DNA from: Clostridia bacterium
Lineage (GTDB): Bacteria > Bacillota > Clostridia > CAKSNL01 > HGM11501
Direction of reading: 5' to 3'
Length of the DNA: 64,000 nucleotides
Assembly: GCA_045545475.1 (NCBI GenBank)
Contig: JAZQAZ010000030.1
Span: 64,001 to 128,000, forward strand
The notes under the pieces are model-generated. The model did no database searches, had not been told where the DNA came from, and saw nothing but the letters and a program-made list of their open reading frames with translations. Shown one piece after another: positions 1 to 10,485 of this stretch (position 1 is its first letter; every line of letters starts with the position of its first letter). The translations under genes and the position numbers were made by a program.

Positions 1-1
1 T

Positions 2-550
2 GGCATACGCCACATCACCCATATGTATTCAAATACACCGACGGTGAGAAAAATCAATCAGACGGTTTATGCAGGAATTGTTGAAGCGGCGTATTACCTG
101 GATGATATGCGAATCGAATTTATCGGCGACGGCTGTCATTTCCCGAAGGAAGCACTTAAAATGGCGGTGAAGATAAAGGGAATTGACAAAATCAATTTAA
201 CCTCGGATGCTATGAGGGCGGCAGGAACTAACGCTTCCGAAAGCTATCTTGGCGAATGTCTGCCCGAAAACCGTGTTATCATCGAAGACGGTGTTGCAAA
301 GCTCCCCGACAGAAGCTTTTTTGCAGGAAGCATCGCAACCGGAGACCGAATGCTTCGCTGGGCGCATTTTGATGCGGGACTCTCACTTTCTGATGCTCTT
401 CGCCTTTTAACCTTATCTCCTTCAAAGGCAGTAGGTATTGATAAGGAAAAAGGAAGCATAAAAAAGGGCAAGGATGCGGATATAATCATCTTAAATAAAG
501 ACCTTTTTGTTGAAGAAACCTATATTGCAAGGGATTTTAAGGAGGCTTAA
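2..550 (+). CDS. nagA: N-acetylglucosamine-6-phosphate deacetylase (5'-truncated by window edge)
   Basis: Frame is open from the window start (GIRHITHMY). Contains I-G-D-G-x-H, TSDAM, AGS and the KGSI-x-x-GKDAD amidohydrolase C-terminus; lies next to a GH20 gene. Confidence 0.9.
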   Translation, partial: GIRHITHMYSNTPTVRKINQTVYAGIVEAAYYLDDMRIEFIGDGCHFPKEALKMAVKIKGIDKINLTSDAMRAAGTNASESYLGECLPENRVIIEDGVAKLPDRSFFAGSIATGDRMLRWAHFDAGLSLSDALRLLTLSPSKAVGIDKEKGSIKKGKDADIIILNKDLFVEETYIARDFKEA

Positions 551-552
551 AA

Positions 553-2406
553 ATGATTACTTTCAAAAACTTATTCCCCGAATTAAAAGAGGGCGTTGCG
601 GAATACATAAAATTCCACAAAATTGAAGACCTTTCCCTTTCCGTGGAAATCTGTGAAAGCAAGGACAACACCCTGAAAATTGAAAAAAGCGGTGATGCCG
701 TAAAGCTTAGTCTTCCCCGCCCTTTCACCCTTTTCCGCGCTCTTACCATAGTAAGATGCCATCTTGATGAGGATGTTTTCACCTACTCTGAAAAGCTTAT
801 GTTTGACCTGGGCTGTCCTATGTTTGACGGCTCTCAGGCAAGCTCCTTAATGAATCTTGACACACTTAAAAAAATGACGGTTATTTTAGCCTCCATGGGC
901 TTTAATTCCATGATGCTTTATATGGAAGACTGCTATGAAATTGAGGGCGAGCCATACTTTGGCAATATGCGACCGAGGTATAAAAAAGCAGAGCTGAAGG
1001 AAATCGACCGCTATGCCGCATCCTTCGGAATTGAGGTTATTCCCTGCATCCAGGCTCTTGCCCATATGACGGAAGCCCTTAAAAGAAAGCCTTATAAATC
1101 GATTGCCGACCGCGAAAACATAATGTCCCCGGCAGAGGATGCCACCTATGCCTTAATTGAAAAAATGCTTCAAACCACAAGAGAGTGCTTTAAGAGCGAC
1201 CGTATTCATATCGGTATGGATGAGGCGTGGGGTCTGGGAACAGGGGGCTACTTAAAGAAAATGGGTTATGTTCCCGCCACGGAAATTATGGCAGAGCATC
1301 TTAAAAAAGTTTCGGCACTATGCAGAAAGTATTCCTACAAGCCTATGATGTGGTGCGATATGTTCTTCCGTGCAAAGTCAAAAACCGACGACTATTTTGA
1401 TGAGGCGGTAACATTCACAGAAGAAGACAGGTTATCTGTTCCCGATGGTATGGCACTTTGCTACTGGGACTATTACAAGACAGATTCCGCCCACTACGAA
1501 AAATACATAGATAAGCTTTCCGTAATTTCCGACAACATAATTTTTGCAGGCTGTGCAAGAAATGTTCGAACCTTCGGAAATCACTTTGACCTCGGAAAAG
1601 TAACAACCGACGCCGCTATGGAAGCCTTGAAGAAAAAAGGGATAAGAGAATTTTTAGCAACGGTCTGGGGCGATGACCACAGGGAAAGCTCCACCTTCGC
1701 TGTCCTTACACAGCTTCAGCTTTTCGCCGAGCATATGTATTCTGAAAGCACACCCGATTTTGATATGGCAAAGCTTCATTTCGGTGCAAGTACAGATGTT
1801 CCCTGGGAAGCATTTTCGGATATTGATGCCATAGATTCCATCCCCGGCTATACCGAAGGTAAAAATTCACCTATGCCCATATCAAAAATGATTATGTGGC
1901 AGAATGTTTTAATGGGCCTTTTCGATTTTGATTTAAGGAACAAGGATTTTTACGCTCACTATAATGCCCTTAAAGATAAGTTTCTGGCATCTACTGAAAA
2001 ATATCCCGAATACTCCCACATTTTCAAGTTTTATTACAATGTTGCAAACGTGCTTAAAAACAAGGCTGAAATAGGTCTTAAGCTTAAAGATGCTTACGAT
2101 GCAAAGGACAAGGAAAAGCTTTCCTCTCTGCTTTGCACATTAAAAGAGCTTTACGATGATATGACTGCACTTCGCCTTGCCCACAGAGATTATTTCTATA
2201 CAGAATATAAGCCCATCGGCTGGGAAGTTCTTGACATCCGCTACGGTGGTGCTATAATGGGAATAGACACGGCGATAAAAAGAGTTACAGACTTCCTTGA
2301 AGGAAAAACCGACAGCATTGAAGAGCTTTCGGAAGAAAGGCTTCCCGACTGGTTTATAAACTATAAAAACATTTCAACGGCAAGCGGTATATCCACCGGT
2401 GTATAA
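553..2406 (+). CDS. GH20 beta-N-acetylhexosaminidase (GH20C/GcnA-like, cytoplasmic)
   Basis: LYMED, PCIQALAH, HIGMDEA catalytic DE pair, MWCDMF, YWDYY and TVWGDD motifs; RBS GGAGG; no signal peptide. Confidence 0.9.
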   Translation: MITFKNLFPELKEGVAEYIKFHKIEDLSLSVEICESKDNTLKIEKSGDAVKLSLPRPFTLFRALTIVRCHLDEDVFTYSEKLMFDLGCPMFDGSQASSLMNLDTLKKMTVILASMGFNSMMLYMEDCYEIEGEPYFGNMRPRYKKAELKEIDRYAASFGIEVIPCIQALAHMTEALKRKPYKSIADRENIMSPAEDATYALIEKMLQTTRECFKSDRIHIGMDEAWGLGTGGYLKKMGYVPATEIMAEHLKKVSALCRKYSYKPMMWCDMFFRAKSKTDDYFDEAVTFTEEDRLSVPDGMALCYWDYYKTDSAHYEKYIDKLSVISDNIIFAGCARNVRTFGNHFDLGKVTTDAAMEALKKKGIREFLATVWGDDHRESSTFAVLTQLQLFAEHMYSESTPDFDMAKLHFGASTDVPWEAFSDIDAIDSIPGYTEGKNSPMPISKMIMWQNVLMGLFDFDLRNKDFYAHYNALKDKFLASTEKYPEYSHIFKFYYNVANVLKNKAEIGLKLKDAYDAKDKEKLSSLLCTLKELYDDMTALRLAHRDYFYTEYKPIGWEVLDIRYGGAIMGIDTAIKRVTDFLEGKTDSIEELSEERLPDWFINYKNISTASGISTGV

Positions 2407-2443
2407 TATAAGCAAAATCCCATAAGGCTTAAGGAGGATAAGT

Positions 2444-3316
2444 ATGATTCAGAAGGGAATATTAGACGAAATCGGCTTTACTGCAGACTTAAACAGGCAA
2501 TACGAAAAATATAAAGCTATGTCAGGCGATGAACCCGATATTCTTGCAGACAGCTTTATGAAGGGCGAAAAGAATATAAAGACCGCAATAGAGGAAATGG
2601 ATGCGTCTGTTATGGGCGGCGTTCCCCAATATGCAAAGTATTTGCTTTTCTTTTTATCCTGCACAGGACCTTTGTATGAAAAGTACAAGGATAACGGCTA
2701 TTCCGATGAGCTTTATATTGACACAATGAAGGATATTTCATGTAAAGTAAACGAAAACCTTGATTTGTATGACGATATAGGTATCTCTTCTCCCAACTGG
2801 TTCAGCGATTACTTTAAATTGACAAGATTTGGCTTTGGCAGAATGCAGTTTGACATAACTCATCATCCGTGTGAAGCTGTAGAGATAGCAGGTCACATTG
2901 TAAATGAGGGCGACTTTATCATAAAGGGACACGTTCCCTCCACCGGTCCCCTTATTTACGAAGAGTGTATGAAATCCTATAAAAAAGCCTACGGGTTTGT
3001 GAAAGACAAATTTTCCGGCAATCTTTTGCCCGTGGAATACTGGTCGTGGATGCTTTTCCCGCACTATAAAGACTTTTTCGGCGAAGGCTCAAATTCAAAA
3101 AGATTTATTTCCGACTATAAGGTTTTCGGACACTTTGAAACAGATGTCTTCCACGATGCATGGAGAATATTCGGAAAAGATGCAGGTAAAGAAAAAGAAA
3201 ATTTGCCTTCCAAAACCAGCCTGCAAAGGAAATTCATTGAATATATCGGCCCCGGAAAGACTTACGGCTACGGTAAAGGAATATTTTTGTTTGACGGCGA
3301 AAATATAATTAAATAA
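2444..3316 (+). CDS. Acyltransferase-like protein (DUF5596 N-terminus plus GNAT-like C-terminus)
   Basis: TMKDI, FGFGRMQF, HVPSTGPL, SWML, WRIFG and TSLQR motifs typical of this family; RBS AGGAGG. Confidence 0.7.
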   Translation: MIQKGILDEIGFTADLNRQYEKYKAMSGDEPDILADSFMKGEKNIKTAIEEMDASVMGGVPQYAKYLLFFLSCTGPLYEKYKDNGYSDELYIDTMKDISCKVNENLDLYDDIGISSPNWFSDYFKLTRFGFGRMQFDITHHPCEAVEIAGHIVNEGDFIIKGHVPSTGPLIYEECMKSYKKAYGFVKDKFSGNLLPVEYWSWMLFPHYKDFFGEGSNSKRFISDYKVFGHFETDVFHDAWRIFGKDAGKEKENLPSKTSLQRKFIEYIGPGKTYGYGKGIFLFDGENIIK

Positions 3317-3391
3317 TTGCATAAATCCCTTTCCCGGAAAAACAAAAAAGCTCTTAGACATTTTTGTATATAAATAAGAAAGAAATTTCTC

Positions 3392-3420
3392 TTGCAAAAA
3401 ACGATTTTTTCTGCTATAAT
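3392..3420 (+). promoter_or_regulatory. SigA-type promoter for proS operon
   Basis: TTGCAA-17 nt-TATAAT with TG extended -10. Confidence 0.7.
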
Positions 3421-3507
3421 ACGCTTGGTATGCCATTTTCTTTCGAAAATGAGTATCAAGCGTGTTTTTTTCGTTAAATAATGTAATTTATATAAAGGGG
3501 ATTTTTT

Positions 3508-5202
3508 ATGAAAGCATCAAAATTACTTATGCCTACTTTAAGAGAGGCACCGGCAGAAGCCGAAATCGCAAGCCACGTTTTAATGATGCGTGCAGGTTTA
3601 ATCAGTAAGCTTGCCGCAGGCGTATATTCCTACCTTCCCTTAGGTCTTCGTGTCCTTCAGAACACCGAACGTATTATAAGAGAAGAAATGAACAAAGCAG
3701 GCGCACAGGAGCTTTTGATGAGTGCTCTTCTTCCTGCCGAGTGCTATCAGAAGTCCGGCAGATGGGACCGTTTCGGCGATGATATGTTCCGCCTTAAGGA
3801 CCGTAACAGCCGTGATTTCTGCTTAGGTCCCACTCACGAGGAAATTTTCACACAGACAGTTATTGACTCTGTTCATTCTTACAAGGATTATCCTTACACT
3901 CTCTATCAGATTCAGACCAAGTACCGTGACGAGCGTCGTCCCAGATTCGGCGTTATGAGAACAAGAGAGTTTCTGATGAAGGATGCATACAGCTTTGACA
4001 TTTCCAGAGAAGGACTTGATGAGTCCTACAAGGCAATGTATGACGCTTACAGAAAGACCTTTGACCGCATGGGACTTAACTATATGATAGTTGATGCAGA
4101 TACCGGTGCAATGGGCGGTTCCGGAAGCCAGGAATTTATGGTTATTTCCGATGTAGGAGAAGACACAATCGCATACTGCGAGGACTGCCGTTATTCCGCA
4201 AACATCGAAAAGGCTGTCTGCATAACAGGCGAAGCAGACAATTCCGAAATGCTTCCCATGAACAAGGTTGCTACTCCTGATGCAAAAACCATCGAAGAGG
4301 TTGCCGCATTCTTCGGAAAAGAGGCAAAGGACTTTGTTAAGACCATGATTTACAATGCAGAGGGTAAGCTTTATGCTGTACTTGTTCGCGGAGACAGAGA
4401 AATTAACGAGGTTAAGCTTGCAAATAAATTAGGCGTTGGCGAAGTTGCTCTTGCAGATCCCGCCGACGTAGTTGAAGTTACCAACGCAAAGGTTGGCTTT
4501 GCAGGCCCCGTTGGACTTAAGATTGACATCGTTGCAGACAACGAAGTTATGAAGATGCGTAACTTCATCGTTGGTGCAAATGAAACAGACTGCCACATCG
4601 AAAACGTAAATCCCGAAAGAGACTTTACTGCAGCAATTGTTGATGACATAAGAAACATTGAAGACGGCGACATCTGCCCCGTTTGCGGAAAGACCATTAA
4701 AACCGCTCAGGGCATCGAGGTTGGTCACATCTTCAAGCTCGGCACAAAGTATTCCGAGGCCTTAGGTCTTAACTATGTTGACGAGAAGGGCGAAGAAAAT
4801 CCCGTTATTATGGGTTGCTACGGCATAGGCATCAACAGATGCGTTGCCGCAATAATTGAGCAGAACAACGACGATGCCGGTATTATCTGGCCCATGGACG
4901 TTGCTCCCTACAAGGCAGTTGTTGTTCCCGTAAATGTTAAGGACGAAACTCAGCTTAACCTTGCAGAAAAGATTACAAAAGAGCTTGAAGATGCAGGTGT
5001 TGAAGTTATAATAGACGACAGAGACGAGCGTCCCGGCGTTAAATTCAAGGACTGGGATTTAATTGGTATTCCCGTAAGAATTACAGTTGGTAAGAAGGCT
5101 TCTGACGGTATCGTTGAATATAAGCTTCGTGCTGAAAAGGAATATACCGATATGACAGCGGAAGATGCTGTTAAGACAGCCCTTGACCTTATAAAGAAAT
5201 AA
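3508..5202 (+). CDS. proS: Proline--tRNA ligase (bacterial type, with INS editing domain)
   Basis: [48 protein letters not shown] and MGCYGIG motifs. Confidence 0.98.
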   Translation: MKASKLLMPTLREAPAEAEIASHVLMMRAGLISKLAAGVYSYLPLGLRVLQNTERIIREEMNKAGAQELLMSALLPAECYQKSGRWDRFGDDMFRLKDRNSRDFCLGPTHEEIFTQTVIDSVHSYKDYPYTLYQIQTKYRDERRPRFGVMRTREFLMKDAYSFDISREGLDESYKAMYDAYRKTFDRMGLNYMIVDADTGAMGGSGSQEFMVISDVGEDTIAYCEDCRYSANIEKAVCITGEADNSEMLPMNKVATPDAKTIEEVAAFFGKEAKDFVKTMIYNAEGKLYAVLVRGDREINEVKLANKLGVGEVALADPADVVEVTNAKVGFAGPVGLKIDIVADNEVMKMRNFIVGANETDCHIENVNPERDFTAAIVDDIRNIEDGDICPVCGKTIKTAQGIEVGHIFKLGTKYSEALGLNYVDEKGEENPVIMGCYGIGINRCVAAIIEQNNDDAGIIWPMDVAPYKAVVVPVNVKDETQLNLAEKITKELEDAGVEVIIDDRDERPGVKFKDWDLIGIPVRITVGKKASDGIVEYKLRAEKEYTDMTAEDAVKTALDLIKK

Positions 5203-5233
5203 TTCGTTTAACTTTCGAGAAAGGAGGGCCATC

Positions 5234-6226
5234 ATGCCCGGATTGATTCAGGAATTAGGTATTGACCTTGGCACAACCTCAGTTTTGGTTTATGTTCCAG
5301 ACAAGGGTGTTGTACTGCGTGAGCCCTCTTTAGTGGCGATAGACGCATCAAGCAAGAAGATCCGTGCGGTCGGAGATGCGGCACAGGTCATGCTTTCCAA
5401 AACTCCCGGTGAAGTTATTGCAATACGTCCCCTTAAAGACGGGGTAATTTCTGACTATTTCACAACGGAAAAAATGCTTCGAAACTTCCTTTTAAGATTG
5501 AACAAAAACAAAATATTAAAACCCAGAGTTGTAATTTGTGTTCCAAGCTCCGTAACGGAAGTTGAAAAAAGAGCCGTGGTAGAAGCGGCCGAAGCAGCAG
5601 GTGCAAGGCAGGCTCTGGTTATCGAAGAGCCTTTGGCCGCCGCAATCGGTGCAGGAATTGATATTTCACGTCCAATTGGTTCCCTTGTTGTTGATATCGG
5701 CGGCGGAACAACAGATACCGCAGTTATTTCCTTTGGCGGAATCGTAGTGTCAAATTCCATTAAAACTGCAGGAAACAGCTTTGATGAGGCTATCGTAAGA
5801 TACATAAGAGACAAATACGGCATCGCCATCGGCGAACGTACCGCAGAAAACATAAAAATAAATATCGGATGTGTATTTCCGAGAGATGAAGAACTCAGCA
5901 TGGATGTTCTTGGAAGAAGTCTGGTCTCTGGTCTTCCCAAAACAGTCAATGTCACAAGTTCCGAGCTTCTTGCTCCATTGGCAGAGTGCTTTTCAGACAT
6001 TATTGATTCGGTGCACACCACCCTTTCCCAGACTCCTCCGGAACTGGTTTCAGATATAAGCACCTCCGGAATAATGTTAACAGGAGGCGGAAGCCTTATA
6101 TCAGGATGCGAAAAGCTTCTCCAGAGAGAAACAGGCCTTTCCGTTACCCTTGCAGAAGATGCGGTTGCCTGTGTAGCTAAAGGAACGGGAATGGCCCTTT
6201 CCGTAACAGAATATATAAACCGATGA
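5234..6226 (+). CDS. mreB: MreB/Mbl-family rod shape-determining actin homolog
   Basis: GIDLGT, IRPLKDGVI, EEPLAAAIGAG, VDIGGGTTD and LTGGG motifs. Paralog identity (mreB vs mbl) is uncertain. Confidence 0.88.
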   Translation: MPGLIQELGIDLGTTSVLVYVPDKGVVLREPSLVAIDASSKKIRAVGDAAQVMLSKTPGEVIAIRPLKDGVISDYFTTEKMLRNFLLRLNKNKILKPRVVICVPSSVTEVEKRAVVEAAEAAGARQALVIEEPLAAAIGAGIDISRPIGSLVVDIGGGTTDTAVISFGGIVVSNSIKTAGNSFDEAIVRYIRDKYGIAIGERTAENIKINIGCVFPRDEELSMDVLGRSLVSGLPKTVNVTSSELLAPLAECFSDIIDSVHTTLSQTPPELVSDISTSGIMLTGGGSLISGCEKLLQRETGLSVTLAEDAVACVAKGTGMALSVTEYINR

Positions 6227-8424
6227 GTATTTTAAACAGAAAACTTGCATTAATATTTACAGGGTTTACAGCGGGAGTATTTTTATATCAATACTCCCCT
6301 TTTCTTACCCTTATACTTTTGCCTCTCGCCTTAATTTCACTTAAAATCACAGGAAAGCGTGGCATAGTTTTAATTTTGACAGTTTCAATGTTCTTTCTGG
6401 GCGGGACATATACCCTTCTTACCGAAAAGATCGGCTATAGAAAAGCGGATAAAATAGCCGGAATTGAAACGGAAATCACCGGCACTGTCATTTCCATTCC
6501 GGAAGTCGAAAGTTATGGGCAAAGCGCTGTCTGCCGCACTAAATACGGTAAGATCCGCCTTATGACAAGCGAGCCGATTCTACGCTATAAAGACAACGTA
6601 ACCTTTACTTCCAAAAGCTATTATCCCGAAGAAAAAAGTCGCCCATTTGCCTTTGACTATCCATTATATTTAAAGAGCGAGGGGATTTACCTTCAGGCTT
6701 TCGCAAGCAAGCTTAGGGTAAATTCAAACAAGGCATCTTATCTTAATCCCATTGACGTCATAACTCTCCTTCGTTCCTCACTTATAAAGAAAGCAGATAT
6801 GCTTTGGTCTGGCGAAGCTTTGATGTTTTTCCGTGCCATACTTCTCGGTGATACCTCATATTCATCGGATGAATTCCGTGATAAGCTTTCTGAGGGCAGC
6901 ATATCTCACATAATTGCGGTTTCGGGAACTCACGTTTCCTTCGTCTGTGCCATGTTCTTACTTATCACCTCGACATTTGCAAAAAGGAAACGGTATCTAA
7001 ACCTTTTGTCAATTCCGCTGATTATTGCCTTTGTAATTCTTACAGGAGCATCTCCTTCATCTGTAAGAGCGGCACTAATGATGCTGTTTTATTTAATCGC
7101 CAAAAGTACCCTTTCCCATTATGACGGTTTTACAATTTTATCAACAGCATCATTTTTAATATTGATTACAAATCCCTTTACCGCTTTTTCCTTAAGCTTT
7201 ATTCTCTCTTTTTCAGCGGTTTTGGGTATACTTCTTTTCGCGAAACCGCTCTCGGATATATTTGTCCGTTTACATCTTAGTTTTATCGCAAAGGCCTTGG
7301 CTGTCACTTTATCTGCTCAGGTTTTCGCCATAATCTCGCTGTGCTTCTCCTTCGGCAGATTTCCTTTTGCTGCATTAATTGCAAATTTAGCAGCCGTTCC
7401 GCTGGTTCCTTTCATTATGACAGCAGGATATATCTCACTTATCATTGCTTTTATTTTCCCGGCATTTAATATAACGGCACTTTTAACCGAGGTTTTAATG
7501 GGACTTTGTATAGCAATTGCCGATTTTTCCGGAAAGCTTCCCCTTGCCAACATTTATCCCGTATTTTGCAATGTCTATGTATTCGCCTCAATCTTTATAT
7601 TTTTCACAGCAGCACTCACAGCCATTTTAATATATAAGGCAAAGAAGACTGCTGCCGTGTTTTTACTTCTTCTCCTTTTATCTGTCGGACTAAATCTTTA
7701 TCTTCCGGGAATATCGGGAGATAAAGCCTTTTACTTTGCCGACGCAGGCCATGGCGATTCCACATTTATATTCAATAAAACAACCTCCGTTATGGCAGAG
7801 TGTCTTTCTCCCGAGGACAAATTTGTTAAAAATACAGTTATTCCCATTTTAAGACAGCACGGACACTCCGAACTTGACGCTCTCATTCTCTCAGAATATG
7901 ACCCATATAACGAAGACGTAACCGAACTCACAAAAAACTTTCATGTAAAGGCTATTTATATACCAAGTGGTGCGGAATGTGAAAATCTCTCGGAAACTCT
8001 TAAACAGACAGATACAGAAATCATCTTCGTGTCCATGGGAGATTCTTTTCTGGTAGACGAAATTTCCATCACCGTCCCCTATTCGGAAGAAGGTTTTTGT
8101 TCCTATATAATAGACAATTCAGGAAAAACGCTTCTGCTTCCGGGGAATATGGAGGAAAAGACAGAAAAGCTTTTAGCAGAAAAAGCTTCCGACGTTGATA
8201 TATTAAAAGCTCCAAGACACGGAAATAAAGGCTCCTGCACAGAGGAGCTGCTTAATGCAACAAAACCTAACGCCGTGATTGTCAGCACAGGAAGAAAACT
8301 TTCCGACAATTTTAAATCCCGCCTTTCCTCATATGACGTTTACTCCACAAAGACAGGCGGCGACATAAGCATTGCAACAAAAAATAGAATAAAAATTTCT
8401 CCCTATAAGAAGGTGACAAAATGA
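6223..8424 (+). CDS. comEC: ComEC/Rec2 DNA-uptake channel with degenerate C-terminal MBL domain
   Basis: SHIIAVSGTHV, SPSSVRAALM, SFILSF and IANL motifs, DAGHGDS; classic comEC-holA synteny. Confidence 0.9.
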   Translation: MSILNRKLALIFTGFTAGVFLYQYSPFLTLILLPLALISLKITGKRGIVLILTVSMFFLGGTYTLLTEKIGYRKADKIAGIETEITGTVISIPEVESYGQSAVCRTKYGKIRLMTSEPILRYKDNVTFTSKSYYPEEKSRPFAFDYPLYLKSEGIYLQAFASKLRVNSNKASYLNPIDVITLLRSSLIKKADMLWSGEALMFFRAILLGDTSYSSDEFRDKLSEGSISHIIAVSGTHVSFVCAMFLLITSTFAKRKRYLNLLSIPLIIAFVILTGASPSSVRAALMMLFYLIAKSTLSHYDGFTILSTASFLILITNPFTAFSLSFILSFSAVLGILLFAKPLSDIFVRLHLSFIAKALAVTLSAQVFAIISLCFSFGRFPFAALIANLAAVPLVPFIMTAGYISLIIAFIFPAFNITALLTEVLMGLCIAIADFSGKLPLANIYPVFCNVYVFASIFIFFTAALTAILIYKAKKTAAVFLLLLLLSVGLNLYLPGISGDKAFYFADAGHGDSTFIFNKTTSVMAECLSPEDKFVKNTVIPILRQHGHSELDALILSEYDPYNEDVTELTKNFHVKAIYIPSGAECENLSETLKQTDTEIIFVSMGDSFLVDEISITVPYSEEGFCSYIIDNSGKTLLLPGNMEEKTEKLLAEKASDVDILKAPRHGNKGSCTEELLNATKPNAVIVSTGRKLSDNFKSRLSSYDVYSTKTGGDISIATKNRIKISPYKKVTK

Positions 8425-9425
8425 ATTACAAAGAACTGAAAAAACAAATATCGGAAGGTCTTTCTTCTCTTTACTATTTCTACGGAGACGAAGCATATCT
8501 TAAGAATTATATGACCGAACGGCTAATAAAGGCGGCGGTAGACCCTGATTTTGCGGAATTTAACCATCTTACGTTAACATCAGAAACTATAACTCCCGAT
8601 GCAATTTCCGACTTTTTCGAAGCGTATCCCGTTATGAGTGAGCGAAAGCTTCTTCATATAAAGGATGCAGGTATCTTTAGTGCAAAAAGAAGCGACAAGG
8701 AAACCTATGCTGCCCTTTTATCAGATATTCCCGATTTTGTCACCGTTTTAATTACGGAGGATGCTCCCGACAAGCGTGGCCAGATGTATAAATCCCTTTC
8801 AAAAAAAGCTGTTATATGCGAATTTTCCTATCTTGAAAGACCGGATTTAAAGAGTCATGTATTAAAAAAGCTCTCTGCCGAAAAGAAGGAGATGGCCGCA
8901 TCAGACCTTGAATATTTCCTTGATCTTACCGGTCCCGACCTTACAAACATACGTCTTGAAGCAGAAAAGCTTATTGCCTTTACCGGCAACCGTGAAAAAA
9001 TCACACGTGATGACATCGATAAAAATATACAGCCCCCTCTCCTTTCAAAAATTTACGATATTTCTGAGGCTGTTCTTTCCAAAAACGGAGAATATGCACT
9101 GAAGCTTTTATCCGATTTACAGAAAGGTAATGAATCAGCCTTAAGAATTTTATCTGTCCTGGCTTCATATTTTTCTGACCTTTACAGAGCATATATTCTT
9201 TCAAGAGAAAATATGAGTTACCCTGAAATGGTTGCGGCAATGAATCTTCCTCCCCAGAGGAAATTTGTGGCAGACAAAATGTTCAGAAGAGTAAAAAGTG
9301 TAAATCCCGACTTTTTAAGAGAATGTATTTCCGAATGCACAAAGGCAGAAAACGATGTTAAAAACGGCCTTATTTCTGAATGGAGAGCTCTTCAGCTTGT
9401 TGTGCTTAAATTTTTAGGGCGGTAA
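8421..9425 (+). CDS. holA: DNA polymerase III subunit delta
   Basis: LYYFYGDEAYL, EFN, PVMSERKL and E-x-EKL motifs; follows comEC with an ATGA overlap. Confidence 0.9.
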   Translation: MNYKELKKQISEGLSSLYYFYGDEAYLKNYMTERLIKAAVDPDFAEFNHLTLTSETITPDAISDFFEAYPVMSERKLLHIKDAGIFSAKRSDKETYAALLSDIPDFVTVLITEDAPDKRGQMYKSLSKKAVICEFSYLERPDLKSHVLKKLSAEKKEMAASDLEYFLDLTGPDLTNIRLEAEKLIAFTGNREKITRDDIDKNIQPPLLSKIYDISEAVLSKNGEYALKLLSDLQKGNESALRILSVLASYFSDLYRAYILSRENMSYPEMVAAMNLPPQRKFVADKMFRRVKSVNPDFLRECISECTKAENDVKNGLISEWRALQLVVLKFLGR

Positions 9426-9494
9426 AAACTTTCAAAAAAATTAAAATAACCCTTGACTTTTTCTAACTTTTGTAGTATTATCATAATGTTGTAT

Positions 9495-9571
9495 GCGCCG
9501 TTAGCTCAGCTGGATAGAGCGTTTGGCTACGGACCAAAAGGTCGGGGATTCGAATTCTCCACGGCGCACCA
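9495..9571 (+). tRNA. tRNA-Arg (anticodon ACG)
   Basis: GCGCCG..CGGCGC acceptor stem, D arm AGCTCAGCTGGATAGAGC, anticodon arm TTTGG-CTACGGA-CCAAA, TTCGAAT T loop, encoded CCA; TTGACT-17-TATTAT promoter upstream. Confidence 0.97.
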
Positions 9572-9574
9572 ATT

Positions 9575-9602
9575 AAAAAGCCATCCACAGGATGGCTTTT
9601 TT
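9575..9602. terminator. Bidirectional intrinsic terminator
   Basis: AAAAAGCCATCC-ACA-GGATGGCTTTTT between the convergent tRNA and SLOG gene. Confidence 0.85.
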
Positions 9603-9605
9603 GTT

Positions 9606-10118
9606 TTATAATAGATTTATTATTCTTAATCCCTTCTTTACAGCATAGTTATAGGCAAGCTTTGTTCCGCTTTCAGGTTGATAATCAAACAAATCCCGAC
9701 GACTGTTCTTCCGTCTTTGCGGAATATAGTTTTCATCATAGTAAATAATGCAATAGTTGCTTTTATCAATCATTTCATAATTACGCTCAACATAACTCGC
9801 TCTGCCTGCGTTAATCATCCTCTCCGGATAATATGTATAGTCATAGCTTTCCAAAAGATAAGCTGTATAATCTTCGTCAATATAAGGAAACTCAGCCCTC
9901 ACATAGATTCTACTTATGTGAGGGTATTTCTTTTTAAGCTCCGTAACAACATTCACACAAAGCGTGTCAAATCGACTCTTACTACCGAATAAAAAGGTAT
10001 CAACATTTTTATCTGTAATTAAATCTTCAACAGCTTCTTTTATGCGATTCACCAATTCATCAGAAATCTCTATCCTTCTATGTCCGAAGAAACAGCAGGT
10101 GTGTTCTTTTGTTTTCAT
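9606..10118 (-). CDS. SLOG/YspA-like (DUF1273-like) protein
   Basis: CCFFGHR, RN-x-x-MIDKS and SGTKLAYNYA motifs; start moved to ATG 10118, which follows a GGGGG RBS. Confidence 0.7.
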   Translation of the reverse strand: MKTKEHTCCFFGHRRIEISDELVNRIKEAVEDLITDKNVDTFLFGSKSRFDTLCVNVVTELKKKYPHISRIYVRAEFPYIDEDYTAYLLESYDYTYYPERMINAGRASYVERNYEMIDKSNYCIIYYDENYIPQRRKNSRRDLFDYQPESGTKLAYNYAVKKGLRIINLL

Positions 10119-10235
10119 AATTATCCCCCACACAATTATTGACCAATATCACGGACAATATTTTCTCTGATTATATCATACACTATAAATAGTTGCAACC
10201 AATATTGGTCAATTATTTATTGTGGGGTGTAATCT

Positions 10236-10484
10236 ATGGAACAGAAAATAAGGCGTGATCGCAATATGGGAGATAATTTAAGAAAGCTCAGACTTGATCA
10301 CGATATATCACAGGAAAAGCTTTGTGCCGAGCTTCAGCGTCGTGGATGTGATATTGGTCGCAGCACGTATGCGAAATACGAAGCCGGTGAACTTAATATC
10401 AGAGCAAGCGTTATTATTGAATTAAAGAAAGTTTACAAATGCACATATGATGACTTTTTCGAAGGTCTTGATGTTAACGTCTGA
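10236..10484 (+). CDS. XRE-family helix-turn-helix transcriptional regulator
   Basis: MGDNLRKLR..ISQEKL..RSTYAKYEAG..YDDFF pattern. Confidence 0.9.
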   Translation: MEQKIRRDRNMGDNLRKLRLDHDISQEKLCAELQRRGCDIGRSTYAKYEAGELNIRASVIIELKKVYKCTYDDFFEGLDVNV

Positions 10485-10485
10485 C

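Noticed and set aside
3421-3507. T-box riboswitch before proS
   Set aside because: Leader is too short and has no T-box consensus (AAGGTGGxACC).
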